Positions 1 to 7,834 are shown, counted from the stretch's first letter. The stretch: 14,433 nucleotides of DNA from an uncultured bacterium (GCA_964010955.1 CAXGMX010000023.1:1-14433); one strand, 5' to 3'. Numbers and translations are program-made. Notes: generated by a model not told the origin, from the letters alone.

Positions 1-610
1 TCTCTATGATCTGGAAGTTTATATACAAGCATATATAGCATGTTGACAGCGACAGTCCATGATGCTACCATCATGCCTTATCGGTAGTGTGACAGAGAGG
101 TATGTACCGTAGTTACAAAATTGAATAATTGTAATATATTATAAGTATCGGAAATAGTACATGAGTATTATAACCCCTAGTATTTCTACACTCTACAAGA
201 TTTCATACCACACAGACATATAAACCATCATATGATGGATATGCTTTTTATAAATTAAGTTTATTACAGGGATGTAAATATATAAACTATCTCGCTGTTT
301 CTCCATAAAATAGTAATCTGATTTTTCTATTCACGCAGGCCAGAGATAAAGAGAGATAACCCCGCCGAAAATATCTGCTAATTTCATTTAATCGCCAGTC
401 TTTGCAGGAGAAGTATTCATTAATTTTTGCGGTATCTCTACGAATATACCGATTAAATACGATCGATTAAATATGCCTCCATTTAGAGATAAAGAGATAC
501 TGGTTGAGATTACTTCTGCTACCTTTGACAACCCATTCGTGAGATTAGTTTTTTCACGACCAGAGTACACTTTGACAGTTGGGTTAACCCTTTGAAACGT
601 TGGCACATAC

Positions 611-644
611 AAAAAGCCCTGACCAGGTTATCCTGGGCAGGGCT
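611..644 (-). terminator. Intrinsic (rho-independent) terminator following tRNA-Gln
   Basis: The hairpin is AGCCCTGaCCAGG (615-627), loop TTAT, CCTGGgCAGGGCT (632-644): 12 bp, one mismatch, GC-rich. On the minus strand it runs straight into a T-run (complement of A611-615). On the plus strand only TTGTGTT follows, so any plus-strand activity would be weak. Confidence 0.65.
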
Positions 645-681
645 TGTGTTATCTCTCGGGTTCAAGTTCGAGCCTATTTAG

Positions 682-755
682 TGGTTACCCGGGGAGGACT
701 CGAACCTCCAATGAGAGAATCAAAATCTCTAGTGTTGCCATTACACTACCGGGTA
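682..755 (-). tRNA. tRNA-Gln, anticodon UUG
   Basis: The 74-nt minus-strand sequence folds as a cloverleaf by hand. Acceptor TACCCGG pairs with CCGGGTA. D arm is GTGT-AATGGCA-ACAC. Anticodon arm is AGAGA-TT[TTG]AT-TCTCT, with U33 and A37. Variable loop is CATT. T arm is GGAGG-TTCGAGT-CCTCC. Discriminator A and an encoded CCA follow. The U1-A72 pair is typical of bacterial tRNA-Gln. Confidence 0.9.
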
Positions 756-809
756 ATCTTGCAAAGGTTTTAAAGCAGGTTTTTGCGACTAATAATTCCA
801 TCTTGCATG

Positions 810-2465
810 CTAGCTTTTGAGTACTGCGCCCTTATCTGCTGATGTTACGCATTTGGCGTACCTGACAAGAAGTCCATTAGTAACTTTTAATGGAGGTGGG
901 GACCATTTTGCTTGGCGGCTTTCAAGTTCAGAATCTAATGCTATAGCATATAATTTGCGTTTTGGAATGTCAATTACTATCTCATCATCATCTTCTATTA
1001 AAGCCAATGGCCCTCCTGCCATTGCTTCGGGAGAGACATGCCCGATGCAGGGACCCCTTGTGCCACCTGAAAAACGTCCATCCGTTATTAAGGCGACAGA
1101 ATTATCCAAACCCATTCCAACAAGTGCAGCAGTTGGTGATAACATCTCTCTCATTCCCGGACCTCCACGAGGGCCTTCATATCTGATAATGATTACTGAT
1201 CCCTGGGAAATCTTTTTATCCATGATTGCCAGCATCGCTTCCTCTTCATCTTCAAAGACCTTGGCGGGGCCTTTGAAAACCCTCATATCGTCGGGTAGTG
1301 CGCTTTGTTTAATTACAGCGCCATCGGGTGCTATATTTCCATGAAGTACTGCAATGCCGCCTTCCTTGTTATAGGCGTTCTCCTTTGTCCTTATAATATC
1401 ATCATCATAGACGATTGCCTGTTTTGCAATTTCTTTTGTACTGAAACCGCTAACGGTTTCGCAATCATTGATGATGTCATCAAGCCTCTTCATTGCCGCC
1501 GGAATACCACCTGCATAGAAAAGGTCTTCCATAAAGTGTTCGCCGCCTGGTCTCAGGTTTGTTATCTGGGGTACTTTTCTACTGATTTCATCGAAGCGGT
1601 CCAGTTCTATATCTATACCGGCTTCATTGGATATTGCAGGAATATGCAGACAGGTATTCGTTGAGCCTCCAAGCGTCATATCAATTAAGATTGCATTGTC
1701 AAAAGCCTCTCTAGTCATAATTTTCCTGCAGCTTATGTCGTTTTTTACTAACTCAACTATTCTCTCTCCGCTTTTATAGGCGATCCTGTCTTTTTCTGCT
1801 GAGATTGCAAGGGATGCAGCGCATCCCGGCAGTGACATTCCAAGCGCTTCGGTTACGCAGGCCATTGTATTTGCCGTATATAATCCCTGACATGATCCGG
1901 GGCCCGGACATGCTTCCTTTTCAAGGGACTCCAGTTCTTCCTCACTGATCTCGCCTTTCTGCTTTCTACCGACGGCCTCAAAAGTATCACGGACCAGAGA
2001 GAGTTTCTTCATATTGCGGCGTCCGGAAATCATAGGCCCGCCGGTTACTACAATAGCAGGGACGTCTATTCTTGCAGCACCCATAAGCATACCGGGTGTA
2101 ATCTTGTCGCAATTAGTTAACAATATCAATCCATCCAGGCAATGTGCATTCGTGACACACTCTATTAAATCAGCGATTAATTCTCTTGAAGCAAGTGAGT
2201 AACTCATCCCCTTGTGTCCCATGGCAATGCCATCACAAATACCGGGTACTCCAAAAATGAAGCTTACGCCACCTCCAGCATGAATGCCTTTTTCTATCTC
2301 TCTTTCCAAACGTCTCATGTGGGTGTGTCCGGGAATTAAGTCCGTAAAACTGCTGGCAATACCTATAAACGGCTTTCCCATGTTCTCCTTGGTCAGTCCG
2401 GTTGCATAAAGCAGTGCCCTTGCCGGTGATCTCTCTATCCCACACGTAATAGTATCGCTGCGCAA
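810..2465 (-). CDS. ilvD: Dihydroxy-acid dehydratase
   Basis: The 551-aa ORF begins [24 protein letters not shown] and contains [21 protein letters not shown] and TDGRFSGGT, all typical of the IlvD/Edd family. The start is TTG (2465-2463), 7 nt downstream of AAAGGA. Stop is TAG at 810-812. Confidence 0.95.
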   Translation of the reverse strand: MRSDTITCGIERSPARALLYATGLTKENMGKPFIGIASSFTDLIPGHTHMRRLEREIEKGIHAGGGVSFIFGVPGICDGIAMGHKGMSYSLASRELIADLIECVTNAHCLDGLILLTNCDKITPGMLMGAARIDVPAIVVTGGPMISGRRNMKKLSLVRDTFEAVGRKQKGEISEEELESLEKEACPGPGSCQGLYTANTMACVTEALGMSLPGCAASLAISAEKDRIAYKSGERIVELVKNDISCRKIMTREAFDNAILIDMTLGGSTNTCLHIPAISNEAGIDIELDRFDEISRKVPQITNLRPGGEHFMEDLFYAGGIPAAMKRLDDIINDCETVSGFSTKEIAKQAIVYDDDIIRTKENAYNKEGGIAVLHGNIAPDGAVIKQSALPDDMRVFKGPAKVFEDEEEAMLAIMDKKISQGSVIIIRYEGPRGGPGMREMLSPTAALVGMGLDNSVALITDGRFSGGTRGPCIGHVSPEAMAGGPLALIEDDDEIVIDIPKRKLYAIALDSELESRQAKWSPPPLKVTNGLLVRYAKCVTSADKGAVLKS

Positions 2466-2640
2466 ATTAATGTCCTTTCTATTTCAATAGAATAAATATT
2501 ATAAAATTTTCTTTCATTAGTAATTTAGTTTAAAATTATATACAGTGGTTTGATGTTGTCAACGCTAAATTAAAGTACTCTATGTATTTAGAAGTAACTG
2601 ATTGTATTCTTGCGTCAGATATCATGTCATAATATTTGCC

Positions 2641-2668
2641 TTGATTTAGCTATTAAGGCATGTAGAAT
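2641..2668 (+). promoter_or_regulatory. Candidate sigma70-type promoter for alaS
   Basis: TTGATT (2641-2646), 16-nt spacer, TAGAAT (2663-2668). This would put the transcription start about 6-8 nt before the alaS ATG. That fits the absence of any SD sequence upstream of alaS and suggests a nearly leaderless mRNA. Sequence match only. Confidence 0.3.
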
Positions 2669-2681
2669 ATCACATAATATT

Positions 2682-5321
2682 ATGGAAACTAACGTAATCA
2701 GAAGAGAATTTTTAAGTTTTTTTGAGAAAAAAGGGCATTCTCTATTCCCAAGTGATTCGCTGGTTCCTGAAGATGATCCAACTCTGTTATTTACTGGTGC
2801 AGGGATGAACCAGTTTAAGGACATGTTTCTTGGAAAGGGGACGTTGGGAGTAAAGAGTGCTACGACATGCCAGAAATGCATCAGGACGGGTGATATAGAA
2901 AATGTGGGTAAAACTCCCATGCATCACACTTTCTTTGAAATGCTGGGTAATTTTTCCTTTGGAGATTATTTCAAACTGGAAGCAATAGAGATGGCATGGG
3001 AATTTATGCTTAATGAAATGAAGCTTCCGGAAGAGAGGTTGTCTGTTAGCATTTATCTGGATGACGAAGAATCATACGGTATCTGGCTGAAGAAGATTGG
3101 TGTTCCTGAAGATAAGATATACAGGTTTGGAGAAAAGGAGAATTTCTGGCCTGCAAATGCTCCTTCGGATGGACCAAATGGTCCTTGCGGACCATGCTCA
3201 GAAATCTTTTACGATCGAGGAGAGGACGTTGGATGTGGAAGAAAAGAGTGCGCTCCTGATTGTGACTGCGGGCGATTTGTTGAGGTGTGGAATCTTGTTT
3301 TTACACAGTTTGACAGAAAAGATGGAGGAGTACTTGAGCCTTTACCAAACAAGAACGTGGATACCGGAATGGGTTTGGAAAGGATGGCCAGTGTTATGCA
3401 GGATGTCAGTACAAATTTTGAGATAGATATATTTAAGCCCATAATTCAGAATATTTCTGAGATTACTGAAGTTAAATACGATAGCCAGACAGAAAACGGT
3501 AAGTTGATGAATAGAATAGCCGACCACATAAGGGCAATAATATTTTGTATCTCAGATGGTGTTCTGCCAAGTAATGAAGGAAGGGGTTACGTAGAAAGAA
3601 GGCTTTTGAGAAGGGCTGTTCGCGATGGATTAAAATTGGGAAAAGAGGAGTGTTTTCTCTACAAACTTGTTCCCATTATTGCTGACGTAATGCATGAAGC
3701 TTATTCTGAGATAAAGCAACGGCGGGAAAACATTGCAAGAATTATAAAGAACGAAGAGGAAAGGTTTCATGAAACCTTATTTATGGGGAATAAGAGGCTG
3801 GATGAACTTATGGAAGGCCTTCGCAGGAGCGGACAAAAGAGATTGTCAGGCCAGGATGCTTTTCAATTGTATGATACCTTTGGTTTTCCATTCGAGATGA
3901 CAAAATCGATCCTGGAAGAAAGCGGTCTGAATGTTGATGAAAGTGGTTTTGAGAGAGAAATGGAAAAACAGCGTGAACAGGCAAGATCTTCTACGCAAAT
4001 GACCGGTAATATATTTGATGAGGGTCCGATAGGTATAATTAAAGAAACAGCAAAAGAGACGACCTTCCTGGGTTATGAAAATTGTGAAATTGAAAGTAGA
4101 GTCATTGGTTTGATTATAGATGAAAAATTGGTTAAAGCTGCTGATACAGGACAGGAAGTTCATATAGTGCTGGATCAAACCCCTTTTTATGCGGAAGCCG
4201 GAGGGCAGGTAGGTGACACCGGTATAGTTCAAACAAAGAACTCAAAGGTTGAAGTCAGCAACACAAAGAAATCCAATGACATTATAGTGCATATTGGTAA
4301 GGTGGTAGAGGGCAAGATCAAGACAAATGAAAACGTTACTTGTGTTATTGACAAAGGACGAAGAGCAGCCATAAAACGTAATCATTCGGCAACACATCTG
4401 CTGCATTACACCCTGCGACAGGTAGTAGGGCAACATGCCGAGCAATCCGGTTCCCTTGTGGCTCCAGAAAGACTTCGTTTTGACTTTCACCATTTTGAAG
4501 GTATTAAAAAAGACGAAATTGCAAGGATAGAAGAACTTATGAATGAGAGGATTATGGAAAATACTCCTGTTACTACTGAGGAAATGGCACTTGATAAAGC
4601 CAGGAAAGCAGGTGCAACGGCATTGTTTGGCGAGAAATACGGTGAGAATGTCAGGGTGGTAAGCATTGGAGATTACAGTCAGGAGCTTTGTGCGGGTACG
4701 CACGTAAAGAATACCGGTGAAATAGGATTATTTAAGATTACAAGCGAATCATCAATAGCAGCAGGAATACGCAGGTTAGAAGCTGTAACAGGGAATGATG
4801 CCCTCACAAGGATAAGGCAGAAGGAGAAGACACTGGATAGGCTATGTAACGTTCTGGATGTTCAGGAAAACATGGCTGTTCAACGTGCCGAAGAGCTGAT
4901 GCTACAAGTAAGAGACCTAAGAAAAGATGTGCAAAAAGCAAAAAAAGAAGGCACCAGAGAATTTTCTTCTGAACTGATTGCTAATGCCAGGGAAATATCA
5001 GGAGTAAAGATTGTTACAGAGGTAATAGAAGGAGTGGATATAGATGATTTAAGAAAGACTGTAGACTCGTTAAAGGAAAGTCTGGGTTCCGTGGCAATAG
5101 TATTAGGAACTACGGAGGATGGAAAGGTAACATTGATAACTTCGTTGAGTAACGATTTAGTGAAGAAAGGGCTTCATGCCGGCAATATAGCCAGGGATAT
5201 TGCAAAAATTGTTGGCGGTGGTGGTGGTGGGCGTGCAGATATGGCTCAAGCCGGTGGGCAGCTTCCTGATAAAATTAATGAAGCCATTGATTTAGGATTT
5301 AGAATAATACAGGAGAAATAG
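2682..5321 (+). CDS. alaS: Alanine--tRNA ligase
   Basis: The track ORF is 2610..5321, but the recognisable AlaRS N-terminus METNVIRREFLSFFEKKGH...FTGAGMNQFKD starts at ATG 2682. It carries the editing-domain HSATHLL motif and the C-terminal GGGGGRADMAQAGG motif. Length from ATG 2682 is 879 aa. Confidence 0.95.
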   Translation: METNVIRREFLSFFEKKGHSLFPSDSLVPEDDPTLLFTGAGMNQFKDMFLGKGTLGVKSATTCQKCIRTGDIENVGKTPMHHTFFEMLGNFSFGDYFKLEAIEMAWEFMLNEMKLPEERLSVSIYLDDEESYGIWLKKIGVPEDKIYRFGEKENFWPANAPSDGPNGPCGPCSEIFYDRGEDVGCGRKECAPDCDCGRFVEVWNLVFTQFDRKDGGVLEPLPNKNVDTGMGLERMASVMQDVSTNFEIDIFKPIIQNISEITEVKYDSQTENGKLMNRIADHIRAIIFCISDGVLPSNEGRGYVERRLLRRAVRDGLKLGKEECFLYKLVPIIADVMHEAYSEIKQRRENIARIIKNEEERFHETLFMGNKRLDELMEGLRRSGQKRLSGQDAFQLYDTFGFPFEMTKSILEESGLNVDESGFEREMEKQREQARSSTQMTGNIFDEGPIGIIKETAKETTFLGYENCEIESRVIGLIIDEKLVKAADTGQEVHIVLDQTPFYAEAGGQVGDTGIVQTKNSKVEVSNTKKSNDIIVHIGKVVEGKIKTNENVTCVIDKGRRAAIKRNHSATHLLHYTLRQVVGQHAEQSGSLVAPERLRFDFHHFEGIKKDEIARIEELMNERIMENTPVTTEEMALDKARKAGATALFGEKYGENVRVVSIGDYSQELCAGTHVKNTGEIGLFKITSESSIAAGIRRLEAVTGNDALTRIRQKEKTLDRLCNVLDVQENMAVQRAEELMLQVRDLRKDVQKAKKEGTREFSSELIANAREISGVKIVTEVIEGVDIDDLRKTVDSLKESLGSVAIVLGTTEDGKVTLITSLSNDLVKKGLHAGNIARDIAKIVGGGGGGRADMAQAGGQLPDKINEAIDLGFRIIQEK

Positions 5322-5354
5322 AGAATTGTACGTAACCTTCTATGATGTTTTTGC

Positions 5355-5382
5355 TTGACAAATATAAGGTGCGATTATAAAT
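5355..5382 (+). promoter_or_regulatory. Candidate sigma70-type promoter upstream of rpmF-plsX-fab operon
   Basis: A consensus -35 TTGACA (5355-5360) is followed 15-17 nt later by the TATAAAT block (5376-5382). It lies 34 nt after the alaS stop and about 170 nt before the rpmF ATG. Sequence match only. Confidence 0.4.
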
Positions 5383-5438
5383 ACGTAAAATTTGTATTTT
5401 AGGGGAGTACTTATAAGTATTTGAGCTTAAAGGGGATA

Positions 5439-5528
5439 AAATAAGGGAAGGACAAGAGAGTAACGGGAGGCTTGGTACTGAAGATAATGCCTTATACTTT
5501 CCCTTTCTTTCTTCTTCTTCCCTTATTT
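5439..5528 (+). promoter_or_regulatory. Long imperfect RNA hairpin (purine arm / pyrimidine arm) with U-rich tail: alaS terminator and/or rpmF leader attenuator
   Basis: I paired 5439-5470 (AAATAAGGGAAGGACAAGAGAGTAACGGGAGG) with 5497-5528 (CTTTCCCTTTCTTTCTTCTTCTTCCCTTATTT) by hand. Of 32 positions, 25 are Watson-Crick, 4 are G-U and 3 are mismatches, and the outer 12 bp are perfect. The loop is 26 nt. ATTTTAGATTTTAG follows, then the rpmF SD. Confidence 0.55.
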
Positions 5529-5556
5529 ATTTTAGATTTTAGTAAAGGGAGACATA

Positions 5557-5785
5557 ATGGCACTTCCAAAAAGAAGGCATTCCAGTTCAAGGACAGGCAA
5601 GAGGCGTTCACATGACGCGCTGAACCCTCCAAATATTCCACGTTCTGAATTTGCCAAAAGTACATCAGGCAACAGGTCAAAGAAATTCATTTGCCCTCAT
5701 TGTAACAATAAAAAAGCCACATACAGTTTGTCATAATTGTGGTTATTATCGTGGCAAACAGGTAATTGCTGTAGAGAGAGCATAG
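5557..5785 (+). CDS. rpmF: 50S ribosomal protein L32 (bL32), reading frame interrupted at an A6 tract
   Basis: SD AAAGGGAG lies at 5544-5551 and the ATG at 5557. The frame as written gives MALPKRRHSSSRTGKRRSHDALNPPN...KKFICPHCNNKKATYSLS*, 59 aa with stop at 5734-5736, just under the ORF-track cutoff. The +1 frame from 5720 reads HTVCHNCGYYRGKQVIAVERA*, with stop at 5783-5785, 3 nt before the plsX ATG. That is the canonical bL32 C-terminus with the second CxxC. rpmF immediately upstream of plsX is the conserved arrangement. Confidence 0.85.
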
Positions 5786-5788
5786 GTT

Positions 5789-6808
5789 ATGCGTATTGCG
5801 GTTGATGCAATGGGTGGAGATGAAGCTCCTTTTGAGATTGTAAGGGGGGCCATGGATGCTGCACGCGTCTATACTGATCACGAGATGGTATTAGTAGGTG
5901 ATCAAGAGCGAATTCAAAACGAATTAGCTGCGTGTGGCGCTACTTCTGGAAATATCTCCGTTGTACATGCTTCTCAAGTAGTAGACATGAATGAGCCTGC
6001 GACGGTTGCCGTACGCAAGAAAACTGATTCATCAATCACTAAAAGTGTCAAGTTGGTTTTAGATAAAGCAGCGGATGCCGTAGTAAGTGCAGGGAACACT
6101 GGCGCAACAGTAGCAGCAGCATCCTTATTCCTTCGTACATTGGAACATGTTAAACGTCCGGGGATTGCTGTATCCATACCGACATTTCATGGTGCGTGCA
6201 TGGTAATCGATGCCGGGGCCAATATACAATGTAAGCCTGCACATTTAATGCAATACGGAGTCATGGCCTCGGTTTTTTGTAAATACGTATTAAATATTGA
6301 AAAACCAAGAGTTGGGCTTTTGAATATTGGTGAGGAATCTGCCAAGGGTAATGAATTAGTAAAAGAGACTTTTGCACTCCTTTCGAATTCCCCATTAAAT
6401 TTTGTTGGAAATGCCGAAGGACGTGATGTCTTTGATGGTAAGTTTGATATAGTTGTTTGTGAAGGTTTTGTTGGCAATGTTTTGCTGAAGTTTGCAGAAG
6501 GGCTTTCGATAAGCATGTTAGCTGCTTTTGCCTCGGAGGCAAGGAAGGGTGCCTTGACAAGACTGGGGGCCTGGCTTTGCAAGCCTGTCCGCGAACATCT
6601 GTACAGAAAAATGGATTATACTGAATATGGTGGTGTGCCACTACTTGGGATCGATGGTATCTGTATTATTTCTCATGGCAGGTCAGATTCGAAGACAATT
6701 CAAAACGCAATAAGAGAAGCAATACAGTTCGGAAAATATGAAGTAAATAAACATATTAATTCTGAACTCGAGAGAGCTAATTCATCTCTCGTAACTGCTA
6801 CTTCATAA
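5789..6808 (+). CDS. plsX: Phosphate acyltransferase PlsX
   Basis: The 339-aa ORF starts MRIAVDAMGGDEAP, the hallmark PlsX N-terminus, and contains SAGNTGA and GxxLLG...HG motifs. It sits between rpmF and fabH. Confidence 0.93.
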   Translation: MRIAVDAMGGDEAPFEIVRGAMDAARVYTDHEMVLVGDQERIQNELAACGATSGNISVVHASQVVDMNEPATVAVRKKTDSSITKSVKLVLDKAADAVVSAGNTGATVAAASLFLRTLEHVKRPGIAVSIPTFHGACMVIDAGANIQCKPAHLMQYGVMASVFCKYVLNIEKPRVGLLNIGEESAKGNELVKETFALLSNSPLNFVGNAEGRDVFDGKFDIVVCEGFVGNVLLKFAEGLSISMLAAFASEARKGALTRLGAWLCKPVREHLYRKMDYTEYGGVPLLGIDGICIISHGRSDSKTIQNAIREAIQFGKYEVNKHINSELERANSSLVTATS

Positions 6809-6843
6809 AGAGCCAACTTTCCTAATCTCAATTAGGATAATTA

Positions 6844-7833
6844 ATGGAAAAAGGATATACAGCATCAATTACAGGGGTAGGGTCTTTTTTGCCCAGAAAA
6901 GTGCTTACCAATGATGATTTTACAAAGATGCTTGATACAACTGATGAATGGATCACCAAGCGTACTGGAATAAAAGAGAGACGTGTTGTAGAAAATGGAG
7001 CTACTGCTTCAGACCTGGCGATTGAGGCATCATTACGTGCGCTGGATGATGCAAATGTATTGCCCTCTGAAGTAGATCTAATTATAGCGGCCACAATAAC
7101 ACCTGATTGTTTAGTTCCTTCAACAGCTTGTTTTATACAAGAGAAGATAGGCGCAAAGAATGCAGGTGCTTTTGACTTATTAGCGGCATGTTCCGGATTT
7201 GTTTATGCGCTATCCATAGCCAGGAGTTTTGTTGCTTCGGGGGCAATGAAAACTGTTTTAATTGTGGGTACGGAATGTTTGTCAAAGATTACAGACTATA
7301 CAGACAGGTCTACCTGTATTCTTTTTGGTGATGGAGCTGGCGCTGTTGTCGTTCAACGGGGTAATGGCAAAAAAGAGATTGTTACGACATATTTGGGTTC
7401 TGATGGCAGTCAGGCAGATTTGTTGAAACTGCCGGCAGGCGGATCTAAATTACCTGCATCGCAGGCAACGATCGAGTCTCGTTCACATTATATTCAGCTT
7501 AAGGGGAAAGAATTATTTAAGACGGCCATTAATAACATGGTTGACATGATTACTAAAGCCGCTACTGATAATAATATGCAAGTGGAAGATTTCGATATGA
7601 TTATTCCACATCAAAGTAATATTCGGATCATAGAAGCTGCGATGGAGAGGCTTAAACAGCCGAAGAAAAAAACATACATAAATATTGACAGATATGGTAA
7701 CACGTCTGCAGCCTCTATTCCTATAGCAATTGATGAGATAGACAAGGAAGGATTGTTAAACCCCGGAGATTCTGTGCTTTTAGTTGCGTTTGGGGGAGGT
7801 TTAACATGGGGTACATCTCTAATTAAGTGGTAA
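6844..7833 (+). CDS. fabH: 3-oxoacyl-ACP synthase III (KAS III)
   Basis: The 329-aa ORF has active-site Cys in AACSGFVYAL, His in IPHQSNIRII and Asn in YGNTSAASIP, and ends GGGLTWGTSLIKW. Confidence 0.93.
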   Translation: MEKGYTASITGVGSFLPRKVLTNDDFTKMLDTTDEWITKRTGIKERRVVENGATASDLAIEASLRALDDANVLPSEVDLIIAATITPDCLVPSTACFIQEKIGAKNAGAFDLLAACSGFVYALSIARSFVASGAMKTVLIVGTECLSKITDYTDRSTCILFGDGAGAVVVQRGNGKKEIVTTYLGSDGSQADLLKLPAGGSKLPASQATIESRSHYIQLKGKELFKTAINNMVDMITKAATDNNMQVEDFDMIIPHQSNIRIIEAAMERLKQPKKKTYINIDRYGNTSAASIPIAIDEIDKEGLLNPGDSVLLVAFGGGLTWGTSLIKW

Positions 7834-7834
7834 A

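Noticed and set aside
342-500. Purine-rich direct repeat AGAGATAAAGAGAGATAAC (342-360) / AGAGATAAAGAGATAC (485-500)
   Set aside because: It is a low-complexity GA/AAA word with no similarity in the flanks. It is not spaced or repeated in the manner of a CRISPR, iteron or terminal-repeat system.
388-612. 74-aa minus-strand track ORF, considered as a real gene
   Set aside because: Its only possible start is a TTG immediately adjacent to the T-run of the tRNA terminator. It has no SD, no internal Met until the last 11 residues, and no recognisable motif. I kept only the weaker observation that the region has coding-like composition.
655-672. T-arm-like hairpin CTCGG-GTTCAAGT-TCGAG next to the tRNA, considered as a second tRNA or tRNA-like element
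   Set aside because: No acceptor stem, D arm or anticodon arm can be built around it. The adjacent 12-bp hairpin is far too long for a tRNA arm.
1-681. Integrated mobile element or prophage remnant at the 3' end of tRNA-Gln
   Set aside because: There is no integrase or other phage/IS gene. I found no direct repeat of the tRNA 3' end (an att-site duplicate) anywhere in 1-681.
2610-2681. 24-codon N-terminal extension of alaS from the TTG at 2610
   Set aside because: The extension (MRQISCHNICLDLAIKACRISHNI) is not AlaRS-like. The conserved N-terminus begins exactly at ATG 2682.
5214-5231. Tandem GGC GGT GGT GGT GGT GGG repeat
   Set aside because: It encodes the conserved glycine run (GGGGGRxDMAQAGG) of the AlaRS C-terminal domain and is not a free-standing microsatellite.
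5487-5615. 42-codon sORF (MPYTFPFFLLLPLFILDF...) that starts in the hairpin loop, reads through the pyrimidine arm and overlaps the rpmF start
   Set aside because: It is attractive as a leader peptide, but the nearest SD-like block (GGGAGG, 5465-5470) is 16 nt from the ATG. The Phe/Leu/Pro-rich sequence is simply the translation of a pyrimidine tract. There is no independent support.
5492-5881. Minus-strand ORFs 5492..5680 and 5687..5881
   Set aside because: They lie antisense to the rpmF leader, rpmF and the plsX start. The product of the first is a translation of the purine/pyrimidine tract, and neither has an SD.
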